Part shown: positions 1 to 5,937 of the stretch, piece by piece
Layout: each line of letters starts with the position of its first letter
How positions within the stretch are numbered: position 1 is the stretch's first letter
From: a bacterium
GTDB lineage: Bacteria; Zhuqueibacterota; Zhuqueibacteria; Oceanimicrobiales; Oceanimicrobiaceae
Direction: 5' to 3'
DNA: 10,673 bases
Assembly (NCBI GenBank): GCA_046757025.1
Contig: JBHHXN010000179.1
Location: 1 to 10,673, forward strand
Translations under genes and position numbers: made by a program
The notes under the pieces: model-generated
The model's database searches: none
Seen by the model: only the letters and a program-made list of their open reading frames with translations
Told to the model about the DNA's origin: nothing

Positions 1-65
1 TTATTGCCTTAGATATATAGTGAGAAAATTTTGGCTTATTTCTACTTCAGATTAAATGTTAATTA

Positions 66-196
66 TTGTTTGAACGAAAACTCGCGAAATGCGCGAATTA
101 AAAGCCACTTCGCGAAGGCGTCCCCGCCGAGCGAGGCTGGAATTCTCCCTCAGCCGGGAGGCCTTCGGGAAGATTAGGTCGTTTTCATTCAGACAC
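66..196. mobile_element. Putative MITE-like non-autonomous element with an internal long hairpin
   Basis: TIRs: TTGTTTGAACGAAAAC (66-81) vs the reverse complement of 181-196, GTGTCTGAATGAAAAC (13/16; 20/23 when the flanks are included). TAATTA lies on both sides (60-65, 197-202). The GC-rich core sits in AT-rich DNA and has no ORF. Confidence 0.6.
108..172. repeat. Long GC-rich imperfect palindrome (REP-like hairpin)
   Basis: Arms 108-135 and 145-172 pair ungapped at 23/28 positions, with a 9-nt loop GCTGGAATT. Confidence 0.85.
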
Positions 197-656
197 TAAT
201 TAAAATTCGATTCTCTATTACGGTGTATCCGATTCTAACTCAATAAATTTATAAAATACAAATCTGCTTCATGCGACTTTAATTTCTCGAGTGTTAAATC
301 CTTAATTGTATTGAAAACAAGAAGATGATATTTGATGAAGGACTTTGTTGGAATGTCAAAATTAACTTTTAACATAATACTTCGAACAACAAAAGGTGTG
401 ATATAAGTAATCGACGAAGTAGAATCAAAGATGAATAAAGCTGGCACTTTTACGCAAAAACGCAAATTAGCCAAAAAAAATATAAAAAAGTTCTGGTGCA
501 GAAGCAAGCAGAAAATTATTGTCTTTTCGCAACATTTTTATGGTCAATACCAATAACGTAGAGCACTTATTTTTAAAGGTTTATCTTGTCAAGAAATAGT
601 CCTGTTTTACGGACGAATAGACCTTTATACGGAAAAAATATTGGCTTGTGAATTAT

Positions 657-688
657 AAAAAAAATCCCTCGAATCTTCGAGGGATTTT
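657..688 (-). terminator. Rho-independent terminator of pepD
   Basis: Perfect inverted repeat AAAATCCCTCGAA (661-673) / TTCGAGGGATTTT (676-688). The A-run at 657-664 is a U-tract on the minus strand, about 30 nt after the pepD stop. Confidence 0.85.
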
Positions 689-719
689 CTCATTTTTATT
701 CAAAACGGGTTAGTCAAAA

Positions 720-2174
720 TCAGTCTTTTGCTAACCGTTCCAAAATGCCAACCATCAACCGGTAGAAGTTTGCAACCGAATCGACGTGAACTCGCTCATC
801 CGGCGAGTGGGGAAATTCGATCTGGGGACCGAGGGAGACCATATCCATACCCGGATACTTCTCTCCGATGATACCGCACTCCAGACCCGCATGCACAGCC
901 TTGATTTCTGGTTTTTTCTGCAACACTTGTTCGTGCACTTCGGTGGCCACTTTCAGAACATGCGACTCCAGGTTGGGTTTCCAGCCTGGATAGCCTTCCA
1001 ATTCTTCCACCTGCGCCCCTGCCAGCAGCCCGATGCAGCCAACCCGTTCCTGAAGGGCCTGAATGGCCGAAGCAACCGAGCTGCGATTGCTGACATGAAT
1101 GACCATGACGTTGTTTTCAATTTTTACGGTAGCTAGGTTTGAACTGGTTTCAACCAGGTCAGGAATGTCGTAACTCATGGAAATCACGCCGTGGGGCAAT
1201 GCATTGAGAAGATTGAGTACGGTTCGACTGGTGGGATCGTCAAACACCTGATCGCTGTTGGACTCTGAAATATCGATATTCATGACCGGATCAGCAGGTT
1301 TATATTCTGCGTTAATGACCGCAATTTGTTTTTGCAGCGCTTGTTCAAATCTGTTACAGTCGTTGCCTGCGACCACCGCCATCGCAAAAGCTTCTCGGGG
1401 GATGGCGTTGTGCATGTTGCCACCGGTGAGACTTGCGATTCTGAAATCGATGTTTTTTTGCACACTGTTTAAGGCCCTTGCCAGCAGCTTGATAGCGTTG
1501 CCACGCTGCAGGTGAATATCCACGCCGGAATGGCCGCCGCGCAAGCCGTGCAGCTTCACGTCCAGCGCTACGGAATTGGCTGGCAGCGCCTCGTATTTTA
1601 ACGGCAGGGTAAGATTGATGCCCGCGCCGCCGGCGCAACCGACATACAGCGACCCCTCCTCTTCGGTGTCCATGTTGATGAGCTGCTTGCCCTGAAGAAA
1701 ATCATCGCGCAGATTGCCCGCACCGGTGAGACCGGTTTCTTCGTCCACCGTGAATAAAAATTCCAGGGGTCCGTGCAGAATGGTGTTGCTTTCCATAATG
1801 GCCAACGATGCCGCCACACCGATGCCGTTGTCCGAGCCCAGAGTCGTACCGCTGGCTTTCAGGTACTCACCGTCCCGTTGCGGGTTAATGGGGTCTTTGC
1901 TAAAGTCATGATCCACGTCCGCGTTCTTTTCGTTCACCATATCCAGGTGCGCCTGCAAAATGGTGATGGGCGCCGACTCGTGACCGGCTGTTCCGGGCTT
2001 GCTGACTACGATGCTGCCAATATCATCCTGTTTGTAAGATAAGCCATGTTTGTCTGCAATTTCTTTGATATATTCTCCGATGGCTTTTTCATTTTTAGAA
2101 CCGCGGGGGATGGTCAATATTTTATCAAAATGTCGCCACAATTCTTTCGGTTCTAAATCAGCTACAAATGTCAT
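720..2174 (-). CDS. pepD: Aminoacyl-histidine dipeptidase (peptidase D, M20C family)
   Basis: Motifs IPRGSKNE, LQAHLDMV, TTLGSDNGIG, TVDEETGL, NMDTEEEG, GGHSG, NAIPRE, ETSSNLA, YPGW, HAGLECG, HSPDER. Start moved to ATG 2174 (MTFVADLEPK) because GGAGG lies just upstream at 2180-2184. Confidence 0.95.
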   Translation of the reverse strand: MTFVADLEPKELWRHFDKILTIPRGSKNEKAIGEYIKEIADKHGLSYKQDDIGSIVVSKPGTAGHESAPITILQAHLDMVNEKNADVDHDFSKDPINPQRDGEYLKASGTTLGSDNGIGVAASLAIMESNTILHGPLEFLFTVDEETGLTGAGNLRDDFLQGKQLINMDTEEEGSLYVGCAGGAGINLTLPLKYEALPANSVALDVKLHGLRGGHSGVDIHLQRGNAIKLLARALNSVQKNIDFRIASLTGGNMHNAIPREAFAMAVVAGNDCNRFEQALQKQIAVINAEYKPADPVMNIDISESNSDQVFDDPTSRTVLNLLNALPHGVISMSYDIPDLVETSSNLATVKIENNVMVIHVSNRSSVASAIQALQERVGCIGLLAGAQVEELEGYPGWKPNLESHVLKVATEVHEQVLQKKPEIKAVHAGLECGIIGEKYPGMDMVSLGPQIEFPHSPDERVHVDSVANFYRLMVGILERLAKD

Positions 2175-2208
2175 AATGCCCTCCAAGTTATGTTTATTTC
2201 AGAGCACT

Positions 2209-2237
2209 AATATAATCAGGAATGCCGGCTTTTGCAA
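2209..2237 (-). promoter_or_regulatory. Candidate sigma70-type promoter of pepD
   Basis: Minus strand TTGCAA (2237-2232), 17 nt, TATATT (2214-2209), 35 nt upstream of the start codon. Confidence 0.55.
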
Positions 2238-2386
2238 CAAATTTATCGGTCGGCATGAAAATATTCTTGCTTCTCATAGGTCGGTTTTTTATATTGCGCT
2301 TGTTCAATCCATTTCGGTACAGTCAATTGACTCAACTACCTGATTTTATTAAACAAATCATCCTACTAATTAAACGAGGAAAAGTT

Positions 2387-3037
2387 ATGTTGCGTTTGTT
2401 ATCCACCATCGCGATGGGTTTTGTGCTGTTATTCAGTTTGAGCTGCAGCGACAACCAGTCGCAAAAGGAAAACCAGCAGAGCCAAACGGAAGTTGCTGAG
2501 GCGCTGCCCACACGCCCACTCACCAAGGTACCACCAGCGGATCGCAATAATTATTATTCCAGCGCGCCGGAGATGACCATCGACCAGGGCAAAAAATATA
2601 TCGCCACCATTCACAGCTCAAAAGGCGACATCGTGGTCGAACTGGACGCTTTTTATGCGCCGTTGCACGTGAACAATTTTGTCTTCCTGAGCCGGCAGGG
2701 TTTCTTTGACGGCTTGACTTTTCACCGGGTGGTAGAAAATTTTATTATACAGGGCGGAGACCCCGCTAGCAACAGCCGCGGCGGTCCGGGTTACCGCCTT
2801 CCCGCAGAAATCGGATTGCCGCATCTGCAAGGGGTGATCGCCATGGCGCGCCAGGGCGATCAAGTCAATCCAGAAAAATTGTCCAGCGGCAGCCAGTTTT
2901 ACATCACCTTAAACCCGCAGCCGGGACTTGACCGCGATGGTTACTCTGTGTTCGGCAAAGTGATACAAGGATTCGAAGTGGTGCAAAGCATTCAGCAGGG
3001 TGATTTGATCAAATGGGTGGATATTGAGGAGAAATAG
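2387..3037 (+). CDS. Cyclophilin-type peptidyl-prolyl cis-trans isomerase, predicted lipoprotein
   Basis: Cyclophilin motifs FFDGLTFHRVV, FIIQGGDP, IAMAR, SGSQFYIT, YSVFGKV. ATG 2387 follows GAGGA (2376-2380) and gives a signal peptide MLRLLSTIAMGFVLLFSLS-C with a lipobox, then a Q/S-rich linker. Confidence 0.92.
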   Translation: MLRLLSTIAMGFVLLFSLSCSDNQSQKENQQSQTEVAEALPTRPLTKVPPADRNNYYSSAPEMTIDQGKKYIATIHSSKGDIVVELDAFYAPLHVNNFVFLSRQGFFDGLTFHRVVENFIIQGGDPASNSRGGPGYRLPAEIGLPHLQGVIAMARQGDQVNPEKLSSGSQFYITLNPQPGLDRDGYSVFGKVIQGFEVVQSIQQGDLIKWVDIEEK

Positions 3038-3073
3038 GCTGTAGAAGTAAACGAGCTGTCCAAATAGGTAGTT

Positions 3074-3153
3074 GTCATGGCGAGTCCCGCGATTTGTGAG
3101 AGACGAAGCAATCTCATCATTCGTGTGGAAATCGGGAGATTGCGTCGTCGCCA
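3074..3153. repeat. GTCAT-tagged REP/RPE-like palindromic repeat, right end truncated
   Basis: Begins GTCATGGCGAG. Stem GACGAAGCAATCTC (3102-3115) / GAGATTGCGTCGTC (3136-3149) pairs 13/14. Resembles the GTCATTGCGAG...CGAAGCAATCTC...GAGATTGCTTCG repeat type. Confidence 0.7.
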
Positions 3154-3180
3154 CTCTTCTTTCATGGAAAGTACTGAATC

Positions 3181-3276
3181 GTCATCCCGCAGTTACGGGA
3201 TCTTCTCAATAAACAAAATTAAAGCTAACTGAAGCAGAATACTTACTGATTTCAAAAAAGATTCTTTCAGAATGAC
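3181..3276. repeat. Second, degenerate GTCAT...ATGAC palindromic repeat
   Basis: Begins (C)GTCATCCCGCAGTTACGGGATCT (internal hairpin ATCCCG/CGGGAT) and ends AGATTCTTTCAGAATGAC. Confidence 0.55.
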
Positions 3277-3375
3277 AGGCCGAAGACGACTGTTCTTCTT
3301 GTAAAAATGGAACAGCTTTTCTATGTTGAGCTCGGAAAGACCTTTTTATCTTTTTGGACAGCCCCGATTTCAACA

Positions 3376-4182
3376 TTAAAACCCCGAAATCTGAATACTG
3401 CCATTTACGGTGCGCAAGTCGATTCGCCCCTGCCCGTCGCGCAATTTATCTCTGAAAAAAGTTTTGGAGCTCTCCACTTGCTGTGGATTCAAATTACTCA
3501 ATTTTATCACGCCGTTTGAAAGGCGGGCGCTCAATTCCGCGGAGGTGGTTTGCGGAATGCGCAGGTCAATTTGCCCGTTGACCGTAGTCAGCTCAATTTG
3601 GCCGTTGAGCGGTAAAAAAACCTTGCTGAATATCTGCCCGTTCACCAGATCAACCTCCACGCTGGCGAAAATATCATTCAACCACACCTGCCCATTGATG
3701 TTGTTAACTTCCACATCCGCAGACAGCGAGTCGATTTGAACCGCTCCGTTGATGTTGGTGATCGCCACTTCCATATCGAGCGGTAAGGTGACGTGGTAGT
3801 TCACAACATAACTGCGTCCCTGGTTATTTTGCGGCTGAACAGTTTTCACTAAAAATTCCTCAGCCGTAGGCGTGATTTCGACTTTTAACTCCGACAGGTG
3901 CGCCTCTGCATCGGCCTGGCTTTCGGAGTTGACCCGGCGTTCTCCCCAGATTTTGACCGCCGTAGCACCGGCGCGGCCGTTGATTTCCACCGGCCCGTTG
4001 ATACCCTCCAAAACCAATCGCTTCAGTTGCGCCACAGGCTGTTCCTCTGAAAACGATGCTTCGGCAGTAAAATCGATATTCTGCACATCCTCATCAAAAG
4101 TATTGATGACACAAGCTGAAAGGGCTAAAACCATGGCGAAAATTAACCAATCCCTCAGCACTTTTGCATTTTTCGATTCCAT
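3376..4182 (-). CDS. DUF4097 / putative adhesin-family beta-strand repeat lipoprotein
   Basis: Recurrent (I/V)NG-x-(V/I/hydrophobic) repeats (GING, NING, NING, LVNG, TVNG, LSNG, TVNG), a C-terminal G-G-x-IDLRTVNGSIQI typical of DUF4097, lipobox LSA-C, and GGAGG upstream of the ATG. Confidence 0.82.
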   Translation of the reverse strand: MESKNAKVLRDWLIFAMVLALSACVINTFDEDVQNIDFTAEASFSEEQPVAQLKRLVLEGINGPVEINGRAGATAVKIWGERRVNSESQADAEAHLSELKVEITPTAEEFLVKTVQPQNNQGRSYVVNYHVTLPLDMEVAITNINGAVQIDSLSADVEVNNINGQVWLNDIFASVEVDLVNGQIFSKVFLPLNGQIELTTVNGQIDLRIPQTTSAELSARLSNGVIKLSNLNPQQVESSKTFFRDKLRDGQGRIDLRTVNGSIQISGF

Positions 4183-4418
4183 TTGAACCTCCGTTTAATC
4201 AGTTTATCAGTTATACCCTTAAGAAGCGAAATACCCTATTAATTTTTGTTGTATGGTTAAAATTGTTTACCATTTGACAGACGTAGAAGATGCCATAAGT
4301 CAACTATTTCCAAGACGAAAAATACTGTTCATTTTTAACAACCAATTTCTCTCTTTCAACTGCTGCAAATCCACTGCACCTGTTGCGTAAACTCACATTC
4401 ACCGCTCTCTAAACTACC

Positions 4419-4433
4419 TGAGAAACATTCTCA
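4419..4433. promoter_or_regulatory. Palindromic transcription-factor site, candidate enhancer-binding-protein site
   Basis: Perfect dyad TGAGAA-ACA-TTCTCA upstream of the sigma54-like box. Confidence 0.4.
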
Positions 4434-4487
4434 CTAACCTCATAAAATACCATATTCTAAAGCCATTATTTCAATTCACAAATATCT

Positions 4488-4504
4488 TTGGTACGGTAGT
4501 TGAA
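4488..4504 (+). promoter_or_regulatory. Candidate sigma54 (-24/-12) promoter for the 4588 lipoprotein gene
   Basis: TTGGTACGGTAGTTGAA vs the consensus YTGGCACG-N4-TTGCW. Spacing is exact, with deviations GT for GC at -24 and TTGA at -12. Confidence 0.55.
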
Positions 4505-4587
4505 AATACTCAGAGAGCTTGTGAATCTTTCATTAAAAAACGAACCGTTACCATTTAACCGCAAAAATCAAAAATATGGAGGTAATC

Positions 4588-5433
4588 ATGAAAAGTTCAA
4601 TGGCAAAATGCTTGAGTACAAGTCTAACCTGTACGTTGGTAGTTTCAGCTTTTTTCGTGGGCTGCCAATTAAACAACGCCACGGGTCCGGAAAACAAAGC
4701 CGCGGCTCCGGAAATCCCGCCGGCTTCCACCCTGGTAATGGAGTTTGACGATTTCGTCGGCAGCCAGGCATCCCTGAAATCTAGCGGCCAGGGACAATTA
4801 CAGTTATCGCGGCAGAATTGGCAATGGGCGGCTGGCAACGTCGCCGTGTGGAACACCCTGATTAGGGTGGGGCTGGCAACACCGGTAGCGGCCTTTTTAG
4901 AGTCGTTCCGACACCAGCCTGTGCAGCAACCGGACGATTCCTGGGTCTGGTCGTACGATTTCATGGTACTGGGAATCCGACACACAGCTGAGCTGTATGC
5001 GAAGACCACCAGCGAGGGCATTCGCTGGGATATGTACATTTCCAAAGAAAACGGTTTTTCCAATTATCACTGGTTTTTCGGTGAGTCCAATCTGGTTTCC
5101 ACGGCCGGCACCTGGACCCTCAACGGAGCGGTAGGTGAAAAACCCATGCTTTTTATCGAATGGCGGCGCAATCTGTTGGAAGGAACGGGGGACGTCAAAT
5201 ATCGCAACGTGATTCCAAACCACCCGGAAAACGGCGGCTACATCCATCACGGCATCACGGCGGAATCGCCCTACAACGCTTTTTACGATATCTACAACAA
5301 AGGCAAAGACAATCATACCAACATCGAATGGCACCGCCTTACCAAGGAAGGCCGGGTGAAAGACCCGCTGCATTTTAACGATGAACTGTGGCACTGTTGG
5401 CAGGCCAATCTGGAAGATGGCGACTGCTCATGA
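4588..5433 (+). CDS. Uncharacterised lipoprotein
   Basis: Long ORF with coding-like composition. ATG 4588 follows GGAGGT (4578-4583). Signal peptide ends in FVG-C. The mature domain is Trp/Tyr-rich with alternating beta-strand patterns, and a terminator follows. Confidence 0.85.
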   Translation: MKSSMAKCLSTSLTCTLVVSAFFVGCQLNNATGPENKAAAPEIPPASTLVMEFDDFVGSQASLKSSGQGQLQLSRQNWQWAAGNVAVWNTLIRVGLATPVAAFLESFRHQPVQQPDDSWVWSYDFMVLGIRHTAELYAKTTSEGIRWDMYISKENGFSNYHWFFGESNLVSTAGTWTLNGAVGEKPMLFIEWRRNLLEGTGDVKYRNVIPNHPENGGYIHHGITAESPYNAFYDIYNKGKDNHTNIEWHRLTKEGRVKDPLHFNDELWHCWQANLEDGDCS

Positions 5434-5484
5434 TCTGGTTTCGCGGCAGCAGGACGCATAGTCGTTAAACCAATATTTTGTCTT

Positions 5485-5530
5485 CAGCCGAAAAGCGCGT
5501 TTACATGCCGCTTTTCGGCTGTTGTTTTTT
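5485..5530 (+). terminator. Rho-independent terminator
   Basis: CAGCCGAAAAGCG (5485-5497) / CGCTTTTCGGCTG (5509-5521) form a perfect 13-bp stem, followed by TTGTTTTTT. Confidence 0.88.
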
Positions 5531-5937
5531 AAATTGTCGCGCCCCTGCCCAACCCCGCTCTTTACTGACTCCCAAAAGCTTCAAATAATGGCATTGTAAA
5601 ATCTCATTTCTTTTTCACAGATCCAAGAGGATGTATTTTAATTGAATAGCACACGGTTCCTCTTCCGCTCCCTCTAAAAATAAGCTGATTTAATTTTCTC
5701 AATTTTCTCGATTGCAGGTAGAATATTAACAATTGCCGCCATTTTACGGGTTATCGGGGCGGTACTTACACCGAGTTGATTCATTTCGGAAACAAGTTTT
5801 GGGTCCTGGCTGGTAAATCCACAAATTGTTTCAAAATTGTGTAGAATCGACCGAAAAAAATATAGAGCTCAATTTGAATTATCTAATTTTTCTTTGATTT
5901 GACCAATGTACTGCAACTAGCCGAAACTCAGAATAGA

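Larger units (their letters stand above)
3053..3364. mobile_element. Putative MITE-like element between convergent genes, carrying nested palindromic repeats
   Basis: GAGCTGTCCAAATAG (3053-3067) vs the reverse complement of 3350-3364, GGGCTGTCCAAAAAG (13/15, with a perfect 10-bp core GCTGTCCAAA). It fills almost the whole intergenic space between the stops at 3037 and 3376. Confidence 0.55.

Noticed and set aside
108..172. SRP RNA, tRNA, ribozyme or riboswitch
   Set aside because: No SRP GGAA tetraloop/AGCAG motif, no cloverleaf or T-loop, and no hammerhead CUGANGA/GAAA core were seen. An Rfam search would be needed to exclude this fully.
235..507. 90-aa minus-strand ORF
   Set aside because: TTG start with no RBS, F/I/L/K-rich composition typical of translated AT-rich non-coding DNA, and no motif.
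2175..2186. Upstream TTG start for pepD (MEGI)
   Set aside because: These codons are the GGAGG ribosome-binding site of ATG 2174.
786..2343. Short ORFs overlapping pepD on either strand
   Set aside because: Shadow ORFs of a GC-rich, well-conserved gene, with no motifs.
2222..2386. 55-aa N-terminal extension of the cyclophilin
   Set aside because: It overlaps the divergent promoter region. ATG 2387 has an RBS and exposes a proper lipoprotein signal peptide.
2909..3519. ORFs 2909-3154 (-) and 3307-3519 (+) as possible transposase or toxin remnants
   Set aside because: They overlap real genes antisense and run through repeat DNA. No DDE, HUH or toxin motif is visible.
4548..5394. 171-aa Cys-rich and 165-aa antisense ORFs
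   Set aside because: They are antisense to a lipoprotein gene that has an RBS, signal peptide and terminator. The Cys richness is a frame artefact.
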